Assembly (NCBI GenBank): GCA_028023455.1
Contig: JAQFVV010000006.1
Span: forward strand, 14,880,001-14,944,000
Direction: 5' to 3'
DNA length: 64,000 nt
DNA from: Epiperipatus broadwayi
Lineage: Eukaryota; Animalia; Onychophora
A program made the translations under genes and the position numbers. Numbering within the stretch: position 1 is the stretch's first letter; each line of letters starts with the position of its first letter. The notes beneath the pieces were generated by a model. The model was not told the origin of the DNA and did no database searches. It was given only the letters and a program-made list of their open reading frames with translations. Positions 38,201-49,890 of this stretch are shown one piece after another.

Positions 38201-39854
38201 ATATATGTATGTGACACTGGCATGGGCAAATCAGCATAAAAAATATAAATAATGGATAAGACTGAATATAACATGAAAACTGAATAAAGGATTAAAGAAT
38301 GAATGAATAAAGCCAGCACCTGGTAGATAGCTTATATAATCTGCCTAACAGTCACGATTTCATAAACCCTCCTACAAAGTATTACAATACCTAACAAAAT
38401 TGGTAGTTTTAATTTTTGTACATTCCTTTAGAATTTTGTTTTTAAAATCTCTTTTTTCTCTCTTTTAGCCTTTTAGATAATTAACAGGTTCCATCTTGGA
38501 GTAATTAGACCATCCATTACTTACATTCTTTAGATAAAATCTTTCATTTTGATTTCATTTTTACAAATTATTTAAAAGAATCCTTCCTAACTATAATTAT
38601 ATATGTACAAAACAATGGCTAATTACATAGAAATCCATTACTATAATAGATTTAAAAAAAAATTGTGCATTCTTTCAAAGAAAAATGAACTTTACATTAT
38701 TTTCTTTAAAAAACAAAAAACAATTTCTACAAGTAATATATATAAAAAAATTATGTAGGTACACGAATCTTTATAAATAATAAAAAATGTTCCAAACGTA
38801 AATAAATGTTTATTCCCTTCTCTTTTGTTTTTTTCTCTTTATTTATACATGTGTAAGTAGCAACTACAAGTTAATAATAATTATATCCAATATATATGAA
38901 TTTAAAGTATATATAAAAGTATTTACAATAACATTATGCGTTTGTAGTGTATGTGTGTGGACAGGAATATAGCATAGACCAACTCCCATTATTTATGCAA
39001 CGAGTTGAATAAAAGTCAGCTGTGCCAAATCTTTGGCTACAGCCATCTTGTGTAAGGACGTTTTACGGTCTGACACAATATATATATTACAATAATTATT
39101 CCAGAATGAAAATTTTATTTTATTTACATATATATATAACACAAATGAATTAAAATTATAATATAAACAAAAAATTTTAAAAAAATTATGTAGTTATTAA
39201 TAATAGAGAGAGCACATTTAAATCCACTCAAAAAGTAGTTATAATAAAAAACAGGACTGTATCTTTATTTTTTTAATACAGTGAATAGCAAAATGTCAGA
39301 CTTTCTTCACAATTAAATATTCTCTGGATAATTTGTTTTTTCTTCAATAAACATGGAAACATCAGCAAATTATGGCCTCTCTAGTTGTGTTGATCTTTAT
39401 AAGTCCATATCAACTTTGGAATCTATTTAATGACCCATAGTTACCCATATCCATTTCACATTCTTGGTTAAATTCTTCAAACTTTAAGCCTTCTGATGCA
39501 ATACAGGAATATTTTACAGTTCTTTGTTTGTGCTGCTACCAAATTGATAACTTTCATTTTATCACTTAGGAAAGATAATTTATGATATTTTAAAAATTCA
39601 TAAAAGTTTTGGTTTTATGTTTCAAAAACCATTATTATGCAAAATACTATTGTTCAGAAAGGATAATAAAGCAAAGAATAAAATGTCTGCACTTTCAATT
39701 TAAGCTAAAGAAATGTTATATATAGCACTCCAAGATAGAAAATGGCTGTTGCCATAATGAAAAATTTATCAGATTTACAAATTTTAATGTTTTATTTTTT
39801 CTTTGTTTACTTTTTTTTATAATAATAATAATATTTAATTGAAAGAACAAACAG

Positions 39855-40100
39855 ATGTTGCTGACATTATTGAAGGAATTAAGAGACTGGGGTGGAGTTG
39901 GGCTGGCCATATTGCTGGAAGAGATGATAATAGACAGAATCTCAAACTGGATTCTAAGAAATTGTAAAAGACCTAGAAAGAGACTGTATGTGAGATGGAT
40001 GGATGAAATAAAGAAGTGCTGGAATGGTATGGAAAAAGAGGATGGAGATGAGATAAGATGGATTGAACTTGGAGAGACCTTTATTTTGCAGTGGATCAAT
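39855..40100 (+). mobile_element. RTE LINE 3' fragment
   Basis: ISNWILRNCKRPRKRLYVRWMDEIKKCW in ORF 39855..40184. Confidence 0.7.
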
Positions 40101-42881
40101 AAATGGTTGAAAGTGATGATGATATTGATACAGCGCATATTACAGCATCACTGTAACATTCTACTTAACTTTTTTTATATCTAATTAATACAAAATGTAT
40201 TCAGTTGATTTTGCAAGGATAGAATAAAAGAAAAAAAACCATTTTTTTCTGTGTAAGCAGTTATTTTGAAAGGAGTGGTGATGTTATGAAATAAATTGTG
40301 TTAAAAGGATAGCAAACTTTAACTGCTGATGATCAAGGGTTGATTGCTCATAGTATTCTATTGTTATTTTCATGCAAAGAACTTACATTTGTCTGCAAAA
40401 AGGAAAATAAAGTGTTACTTATATTATCTGTACAAACTTTGAAATGTGTCAAATTATTTATCCAAGAAAAGTTATTCTATTTAAGGAAACTAAGAATGTA
40501 AAGTGTTGAGTGATGGGGTCATTCTTAGTGCTATGGCTCAATTCTGTTGAAAATTTTGCTGTACAGAATTATTTGTTTTACTGTCTACAGAGTTTAAAAT
40601 TTTTATTTTAATATTGTACATATTGGCTACAACACCATTCTAGCGCTAATGCACTAAAATAAGTGGGGAAAAAATTGTGAATAAAATAAAAGGGATTATG
40701 AAATAAAATGAATGAATAAACACCCACTGTTATCATAGTAACAGGACCTCATGACGTGACTGTAGTAAATTAAAAAACAAAACAGTTTAGGGATTTTTTC
40801 TACCCAATTAGACAGTCCACCATCCAGTATTGGTCAGCAAATTGGTTTCTAACAAGAGGGTAAGATAAGAATGGAATACTGATCAGATGCTTAGCAGCTA
40901 GCTATTGAAAAGCCCAATGAATACTGTTTTGAGCCATTAGAGAAACTTATGCTCCTGCATTGAGCTATTTAAAGACATTTTTACATTATCATTAGCTTTT
41001 TATTGTTGATATTGCTATGCTTGTCTATAGGCCCTTATCCCTATATTTTATTATTATTTGTTCAAATGATAGAACGAAAGGGGGATGATGATATCATTTA
41101 ATTAATCTACGACACTAATCTTATTTATTAAGTAATAATTTTAACCCAATTTATCATTATTACTATGTTACTATGGATTAGACTTAAAATTTATGTAAAT
41201 TTTGATTAAGTCATGAAAGAGTATTATTTGTAATTAAATTTCTAATTTTTCTCCAAAACAATAACTCCTAAAAAGTCATGCTGTTGTTTTGCTGTCTTAT
41301 TGCTCTATCTTAGTTTATAAGTGCGACTTTTTAGAGCATGTCTATCGATAGAGCATGTCTATCGATAATTACTGTTATCTCAAAAACATTTATTAAAGTA
41401 ATTAATACCTATGTTAATACCTATGTTACATTAATTATGAGATAAGTATAAATATGGATGGTACATTATAAATAGGTATAATGAAAATTTACAATAGTAG
41501 ATAAGTTATGGAATTAACATTATTGAGTTAAAACGGTTAGATATTTAGATTAAGTTCATTGTTAACTCTATTGACAGGTCTAAAATAGCTTCCATGTCTC
41601 TTGAAAAATGAATGTTGTTGCAAGAGTTTTGTCTCTCCATTTAATATTTTTCATGCTTTGATTAAATAGTGCGTTCTCATCTGGCTTGGGAAGTTGGTAT
41701 TGTGCCATGCACCTAACAACCCATATGGCATAGGTGATGAAAACTGCTAGCCTGATTGTAGGAATATTTCTTACGCGATGCATTCTTTGTTGCTAAGTAT
41801 TTTGTAATAATCTATCTTTGCGATATCAAATATTATTATTTTTATATTACCTAGACCCATGCATGTTTTAATTATGTGGTCAAATGTTTCCTCGTCCCTG
41901 CCACAGCTGTGACAAATTGATTGGACTTTGGTGTTACATCTTCTATATCTGAAATGACTTTGTAATATAAATTAAATATGTCTAACAACATTTAATATAA
42001 CAATTATTTATTGGAAATTATTAATGCTAGAGTGTTTGTTTGTAATAGTGATTTCTTTTTTAGGAATCTTAAATTTGTGACATTAAGAAACAAAAAATAA
42101 TGGTGGTATTATGCCTAGCATAAGTAGATAAAATAATATTCAATTTAGTAAGTTTTTTTTTTTGCAAATGTAATTGTTTAGATTATCACTTTTTATGATT
42201 CCTTTTATCATATATGCTTATATAGAGAGAGAATCATGCATGGTTTACTGCAGTAGTGGATTAATGGACTCTGAATCCTAAGCTCTATGTATCATGATTA
42301 CAATGCTTGAATTTCGTACGAACCCCTGAGCTATAAACCCGTTAGATTATTTTTATTATGTATACATTTTTAATAGAATAAAATATGCTTGTTTATATAC
42401 ATTTATCTTGGTTTCAAATTTATGGTATATTTTATATCTTTGATAGTTGCATCAGGATTTGTTGCTGAACTGTTTTATATATTTCTTTTATATTAGTTGA
42501 ATTGTTACTAAAATAATAATCATAAGGTAGATGATCTATGGGTCATTGGATCAAAGTGGCAGGCTGTGAACAATAGTTTTATTCAGTTATTGAAACAGAG
42601 ATTGTTGTTTTTTTATACTTACTTTGCTAGGAATTGACTTAGCTTTTGAGTTTATCGAACCACCACTTTGCTAAACCAACAGTACAGTTGTTAATATTAA
42701 GTTTCTATTACTCATGCAAAGATGAAGTAACTGGATTATTTTACATATCATTTTTAGTCTGAATTAATGAATTAAATATATAAATATCTAGAAGTACAAC
42801 CGAAATTCTGTAAATCATAGTTGTAAGTAATAAAATAACAAATTTAAACAAATCTTTTTTGTTGTTGTCTTTCGTTCCTAG

Positions 42882-42954
42882 GAGCACTTGGAAACTTAGC
42901 TGCCCACAATGCTTCGCTGTGTTTAAGTCTTCTTCAGTATAAATGTCCACAGAG
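42882..42954 (+). CDS. STK36: Next internal exon of the Fused/STK36-like kinase
   Basis: ttcgttcctag|73 nt|gtaagt, phase 1 to 2. Spliced to 2830 it gives ...KTRTNCIGALGNLAAHNASLCLSLLQYKCPQ, matching the ALGNL...VPQR segment of STK36. Confidence 0.8.
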
Positions 42955-43563
42955 GTAAGTAGAAAAATCACTGATTTTAAATTTCCTTGTGACTTTTTGT
43001 TGTTTTTCAACCACTTAGTACTAGTAGATAAAATCTAGGTCGAAATAACATTGATAATTGTTTGAAAATTGGTACTTAAATATATACCCTGTATATGCAC
43101 TATCTTTTTTTTTCTTTTTTTATTTGATTTTTTTTTTTTTTTGAATGGCAAATAGCTGAAACCATGAATATGAAAATCATGGCGGAGGTGACATCTCTGT
43201 ACTCTACACTGCTACTGCGTAGCATGGCATAATGTATAGGTTAATCTTTTACCATGTCTTGACATTTATCACATGATAAATCAACACAACATTTTAACAC
43301 ATTCACCTTTTCACACTATATTTTATTATATAGATATATTTCCAGGTGTACTTTTAATCACTGTCCAAATCAACGTTTAAAATTATTATGCAATATTTTA
43401 ATATTTGTTTAGTAAGAAATTTTTTTACAAATAACTTTTATATTAGTTCCAGCAGCAGTTATCCAACTTTTAAATGTTTAAATGCACCAACCTACTCCGT
43501 AATTCCTTTTCCAGTGCTTATTCTTTAACTTTTCTTCGTTACCATTCTGTTTTTATTAATATT

Positions 43564-44210
43564 TACTAGGGGTGACCCAACAAATAACCGTAATTTTGTA
43601 ATAAAAAATTGTGTATTTATTTTTAGGTATTACGAATTTAATGCGGTGTACTGGTTTAAACCTGATTTTCACTTTTCACTGTAGTCTTAAAAGTCTTGCA
43701 AAGTGATGTCTTTTAATGCTGGCATGTTTTTTTTTCTTCATTACTTTCAAGTTCATACACAAAAAAGTTGAGGTCTTTTTTTCCATTCAAGAGACTAAAA
43801 AGAAGTTGTGCAGAACAATGAGTGGATATGGCTGATGGGTACGTTGGGTTGTGCTGAATTTAATTAAAAGTTGTTTTACACTCGAGGCTTTGTGCCCTGG
43901 TATGTTGTTGTGGTGAGGCTTGCATTCTCACTTTGTCACAAAACAGGACATTTATATTTTACTGCATTACACAAAAGTTTTGGAACTTGTAGGTTTTAAA
44001 TGCCTGATTATTATGAACAAATTCTGAGTGAATCCTGCCATTTGCATAAAAAAAAAAATCAGCACTGTTTTGATTATTGAACTTTACCCATCATGCTTTT
44101 ATGGGACCCAGTGAATTTGACACTTCTATTAAACCACTCATAAACTTGTGCTCTTCCTAGACCGGAATGTTTGCAAACTGTTTCAAGCATTATTCTCCTG
44201 TAGTATGCAG
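43564..44210 (-). mobile_element. Internally deleted mariner, same family as 21135-21993
   Basis: Reverse complement matches caagtttatgagtggtttaat and the 3' end aaatacaca...attacaaa. The same internal deletion is apparent. Confidence 0.75.
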
Positions 44211-44815
44211 GGAAGGGGAAGAATGGTGTATCGTCCAAAAGATGCCGAAGACTTGTTCAAACCAAGTTTATAATTTCCAATTATAAAAGATTATAACTTC
44301 TAAAATATGAATTATACTATATGCTTATAATTTCTAAAATGTGAATTTAAAGTACTTTTATTCAATATTTATGTCATTTATCGGTTGGATGTATCAGGGT
44401 TTTGGCTAGTCTTTAGATTTCAAAATGACCATAAGTAAATTGGCACCGTGAATCTTTATATATATATAGTAAACGTAAAGCTCCAATAGATTAATTAGTC
44501 CACCATTGTAAAAATAGTATTTATATATAGTATTCGTATGCCAAGAGCCCAAGCTTATCAGAACCATAAATCTTCACTCTGTTATCAAGGCAAAACTCTA
44601 CAAGTAAAAGAAGAATTACTCTTTTCACTCTAGTTTAAGATCTTAACATAAATATTTGAAAATATTTGAAAACCAGGCACTCTTCACAAACCTGGGAGCT
44701 TTAATTGTAAGTATAAGGGATTTGAACTCGGATTTTTAAGCACCCTTCAACTATCCACACTATTTCATACAGCTGATACACATGACCACACACATGTAGA
44801 AAAGATAAATAATCA

Positions 44816-44857
44816 CCAATATTCGTATTTCGTGCTAAACCAACACTCATCAGTTGG
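44816..44857 (-). ncRNA. Canonical type I hammerhead, family D-prime, intact core
   Basis: Minus strand: AUAAUC UGG ACCAA CUGAUGA GUGU UGGUUUA GCAC GAAAU ACGA AUA UUGGU GAUUAU. The unit spans about 44716-45020. Confidence 0.85.
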
Positions 44858-45879
44858 TCCAGATTATCATCTCCCACACATATGTATAATCAGTGCTCAG
44901 TTTATATTAAGATAGCAAATCTTCATACTTTAATGGACAGGCTTCAATCCACTCCAACCTCCAACTTTTCAGCTATCCATATCATTGAAAATCTGATGAT
45001 GAAAACTCAAATCCCACACTGATACTAATATTATTGTCATGCCCATGTTGATCTGAAGTCACTCTTACCCCTCATGTATAGATCTTAATATAGTATTTTA
45101 ATGAACTGCATTATTTTATTTTTTTGTTTTATATTAATATGTATATTTTAAAAATTAAATTCTATTATAGATGTATGTATAAGATTTTTCCATTATTCAC
45201 AGTTTTAAGAATTGATGGGCAGACTTTGTTTCAAATGTATTAAATATACAAAAGCCGCTTTATATATTCCAATTTACAATTATTTATCTTTTACAACTAT
45301 AGAGATTAAAGGTAGAACTTTTTTTTTTAAAGTTTCCCCCTTCCCTCTCCGCAGAGTAAAATGTTTCCTAAAGGAATAGTGACGAAGGAAATATTTGCCA
45401 ATCGTATGAGGATTTAATTAGTTTTCTATTATTTTATTATTTAGCTAAGAATAGCTAGTTATCCATTTACTAACCAGTATTGGATAGTTAACTACCTGGG
45501 TGAAAAATTTCAAGTCCCTTACCATAGGGCGTTTTTAAGCATACAGAATTTAGTTGTAATAATTTGAGAACCAGCAAAATTGTTATTATATATAATGAGT
45601 CTCAAGTACATGTGTCTATTTATTTAATCAATTGCAGCTATATTGTTATGGTTGATTTGTAACTGTAATGCAGATAATAAATGTATATTATGATCAAAAT
45701 TGTTTATTTAAAGTTTTTATAGATCAAACTACAAGAAGAAAATCGTATTGTGATAAAAAAAAAAACGCCAAATATATATATAAATGTTGATAATGAAAAT
45801 AAAGTCATTAACCTTTTCGTTCCTTTTTCTCTTTTCCTCGTTTATTTGTAATTCATAAAATAAAAAAGCCATAAATCAC

Positions 45880-46804
45880 CATCTGACACACTTGGCACCA
45901 ATTATGCAGCCAGGTCACTGAAAAGATAAGGTGTTTTAATACCGGGTTAAAAAGTTCGGTTTTGTCCCGTTGAATGTTTAAATGACTCGTTTGAAATATC
46001 TTATTGCGTGTAATTTAAAAATAATATTACTATTGCTTGTTGATATGATTTAAATTTTTTCACTGAGTATCAGACTTCTGTAGTATTAATTTTTAGTGAT
46101 GGAAAAAAATGATAAAACGATTTCAAACCATGTTTTGACCTGATTCGCTTGACTGCTTCGAAATAGAGGAGTCGGAATTTTTGATAAGTGGGTCACTCAA
46201 ATTAATAGGAGATTGATTTAATTATATTTAAAAAGTACCTGTTAATATTTATATGTTGCATGTATAAAACAAAAGTACAACGCTATTTTATACAAAGGAA
46301 GACAGATTTCAAAGCGATGGTCATTAGTCCAAGCATTTCCATTCCACATCTCGGATGAAATGTAAAAGAAACTTAAATTACGTCTGGATTCATCCAAGAG
46401 CCACAAGTGTTTGACCTAAGAAGCTGAATATAAAATACGTTTTTAATAAAAATTGATACTATACTTAGTATATATTCAGAAGCTTTTTCCAGCCCATGTG
46501 TATTCTATTTAATCTCATATATATGAAGTAATCAAATGGCTTTATTTATTGTTCGGGGGGGGGGGGGATTCATAAATTCGAGCCCTGGAAATGCTAGAGC
46601 TGGATTCGATGCAAGGATGTTTACGTTCCAGAATCTGACACGGGACCACTGGACTAAATAACAGCAAGCGTCAGACATATATGCATTTACCATCAGATAA
46701 GCTTGGCTTGAAAGAAAATTATTGCAAGCTTGAATAACCAATGAAATGCCAGACGATTTGCTGTTATTATACCCACTCCACCAGATTGGTTTTTGGTTTG
46801 GCCA
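45880..46804 (-). pseudogene. Exon-like segments of a possible decayed gene, resembling the 14.8-17.1 kb set
   Basis: Open frames: 46804-46691 (QKPIWWSGYNN...QACNNFLSSQAYLM|gtaaat), 46415-46242 (ttcttag|VKHLWLLDESRRNLSFFYI...) and 45999-45880 (aag|IFQTS...TWLHNWCQVCQM|gtgatt). The chain is not fully spliceable. Confidence 0.3.
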
Positions 46805-47227
46805 TTATCAATGACTCAAACTGAAGTGTATGCATATAACAGCTAACTTTAATTTTTTTTTACATTACTCAAACTAAGAGCCTGAATTTTATACAATTCT
46901 AAGGATTTTGAATGCAAGCCAATTCATTTGCCTACCTATATATATATAACTGAACCTTGAGTCAATTTTTATATATTTAAGTGATCTTGATTTTGCAACA
47001 GTAGTAGCATTTTGATGCAGATGAATTATGTTTCTTTTAACTGCACACTTATTCCAAATCCTGGTATTTCTAATCAACGGGTTTTTGGAACAAGTAATAT
47101 TTTCTAAATTATACTTGAATTCAAGTATCGAGCTATTGTACTTCAGATGTCAATTACAAGTGACTATGGAAAGTTAAATCATCAATAATTATGAACTTAG
47201 AATCTATTTTTATTTATATATTATAAC

Positions 47228-47312
47228 TTTTTTTTTTCATGTGTCAAAGCATCGGCAGGGAAGTGAAGCCAGGACAACTGCTTGTAAGGCAGCTGTGCTG
47301 ACCACTCGGCAA
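47228..47312 (-). mobile_element. tRNA-Gly-derived SINE
   Basis: gagtggtcagcacagctgccttacaagcagttgtcc... plus the tail tttgacacatgaaaaaaaa. Confidence 0.7.
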
Positions 47313-47656
47313 TTCCCTTCATCAGAAAAATAAATCCACCTTATTTTATATTAAATAGTCTCATTTGCTGTTTGACAAATATTGCACACTGTAGAGTCAT
47401 AGTAATCAATGCATACTAGATGGTATAATAATACTATATCCACATCAAGAGTCTGGTTTCTGGTTATCAATGAGGATTTAAAATTCAAACTGGAATTAGT
47501 GTATCACATGATCACATTTCCTATACTAGCACATTAATTGTTGATAAACAGAGCAAAACTTTCCATACAGTATTGCCACCTGTGCTAAACAGAGTAATCA
47601 ATGGATGCCAGAAGGCTTGTGCATAAAATCCCTATCTAATGCCTACTCATCCAATA

Positions 47657-47699
47657 TCCCCAGACTAGTTTCTGGCTTGTGGCCTTCGTCAGTGAGGAG
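47657..47699 (-). ncRNA. Type I hammerhead motif, family A, intact core
   Basis: Minus strand: CUCCUCA CUGACGA A GGC CACAA GCC A GAAAC UA GUC UGGGGA. Confidence 0.8.
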
Positions 47700-48123
47700 C
47701 TTTGGATCTGAGAGCACTGCATCTAGATCTTAGGATCTAATGCAACCCTCTAGCAACCACCTTTTATCTCTACTTAACTACTAAACTATGAGAATGAAAT
47801 TGAAAACACAAAAAATATTTTCAATCTAAGCTCAATAGCTTAAATAGTCATATGGGTCTGAACTCAGTTCAGCACCCATACATTTTGGTGTCTTTGGCTC
47901 TTTTACAACCATAGCCACCACTATCCTATTAGGCAGGATTGGTGTTAAACCATTAAGCATCACATGATCACATTTCCTATACTAGCACATTAATTGTTGA
48001 TAAACAGAGCAAAACTCTCCATACAGTATTCTCATAGTTTAGTAGTTAAGTAGAGATAAAAGGTGGTTGCTAGAGGGTTGCATTAGATCCTAAGATCTAG
48101 ATTCAGTGCTCTCAGATCCAAAG

Positions 48124-48166
48124 CTCCTCACTGACGAAGGCCACAAGCCAGAAACTAGTCTGGGGA
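48124..48166 (+). ncRNA. Type I hammerhead motif, family A, intact core
   Basis: Core starts at 48131, GUC at 48158-48160. Extended stem I: AUCCAA-AGC-UCCUCA / UGGGGA-UA-UUGGAU. Confidence 0.85.
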
Positions 48167-48579
48167 TATTGGATGAGTAGGCATTAGATAGGGATTTTAT
48201 GCACAAGCCTTCTGGCATCCATTGATTACTCTGTTTAGCACAGGTGGCAATACTGTATGGAGAGTTTTGCTCTGTTTATCAACAATTAATGTGCTAGTAT
48301 AGGAAATGTGATCATGTGATGCTTAATGGTTTAACACCAATCCTGCCTAATAGGATATTGGTGGCTATGGTTGTAAAAGAGCCAAAGACACCTAAATGTA
48401 TGGGTGCTGAACTGAGTTCAGACCCATATGACTATTTAAGCTATTGAGCTTAGATTGAAAATATTTTTTGTGTTTTCAATTTTATTCTCATAGTTTAGTC
48501 GTTAAGTAGAGATAAAAGGTGGTTGCTAGAGGGTTGCATTAGATCCTAAGATCTAGATGCAGTGCTCTCAGATCCAAAG

Positions 48580-48622
48580 CTCCTCACTGACGAAGGCCAC
48601 AAGCCAGAAACTAGTCTGGGGA
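48580..48622 (+). ncRNA. Type I hammerhead motif, family A, intact core
   Basis: Identical to 48124, 456 nt downstream. GUC at 48614-48616. Confidence 0.85.
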
Positions 48623-48939
48623 TATTGGATGAGTAGGCATTAGATAGGGATTTTATGCACAAGCCTTCTGGCATCCATTGATTACTCTGTTTAGCACAGA
48701 TGGCAATACTGTATGGAGAGTTTTGCTCTGTTTATGGAATTAGTGTACTTATGCACAAAACATTTTATGGTGAATGTTTATCTCAGGGTTCAAGATCAGA
48801 ATATAAAAGAACCGGAGAAACCAACTCAAAAAATAGTAATCAGTTTAAAAAAAGTGTGAATGTACTTTCATCGAGTTATTAAGTTATCAAAAACAGTCTA
48901 TAGTCTTATTATTTTTCTAAGCCTTTTGGTATTGTATAT

Positions 48940-49890
48940 GGGTTGACTGCTTTCATGTATCTACATTAATACCTATCTATCAGTTGGAGTACAGTTTGGA
49001 AGTTAGAATTGAATATTTATGAGTCTGCTTTCAAAGCAGGTTATGTTTACCTGCTTAATGAGATTTATTTAAACTTCTTTAAAATAATAATTTCATTCTT
49101 TGTAGTCAAGTTGCAATCTTTAGTGTCTATATAACGATATTAGACGATATATAAAGGCAGATTTCAACTTTTATTGTTTAAATGAAGTTGCATTGATAAC
49201 ATATTGAGTTTGTTAATTGTTATTGACATTTGTATTGTTTAAGTTGACTGCTTTTCTGTATTTACATTAATAACTCTAGCGTTGAGCATTATTAATTTTA
49301 TTATCTAAGTAATACATAGTTGGAGTGCGGTTTTAAAGTTATAATTGCAATTTGAGAGTTATAATTGACTATGTGTTAGTCTATTTTTAGAACAAGTTAT
49401 GTTTACCTGTTTAATGAGGTTTATTTAAACTTCTTTTAATTAATAATTTCATTCTTTGTAGTCAATTTGCAATCTTTAGTTTATATAAACATATTAGACT
49501 ATATAGAGAAGTCGATTTCCACCTTTATTATTTAAATGAGGTTGCCTTGACAACAGATTAACATTGTTATTGATATTGTTTAAGTGTTGATTGCTTTCAT
49601 GTATTTATATATCTGTAGTAACTTTTTCTGTATAGACATTTTATTTTATAAAGCCTGATATCTGTAGCTATTTAATTTCTATATTTAATAATATATTTTA
49701 TTTAGAGAATTCATTCAACACATAGCAGCCGGTATTTCATTTTATATGCATATATATATAAATCACATGAAAGCAATCAATTGCTATCAAGGCAACCATT
49801 TATATATAATAGAAATACCTTATAAAAAGTTGCCTTGACAGCAGATTGAAGACTCTTGGTGTTAATAAATATTGCCTGCTTTCATGTGAT
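48940..49890. repeat. Family F tandem (period about 356) plus a short inverted pair
   Basis: gtagtcaa.ttgcaat at 49102 and 49458. Inverted cacatgaaagca...caaggcaac / gttgccttg...tgctttcatgtg at about 49765-49890. Confidence 0.8.

Larger units (their letters stand above)
47504..48734. mobile_element. Young family A composite insertion: minus 1.15-mer joined head-to-head to a plus 1.5-mer
   Basis: Period 456 on both arms (47503/47959; 48131/48587), near-identical copies. 13-bp TSD TGGAATTAGTGTA at 47491-47503 and 48735-48747. Confidence 0.9.
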
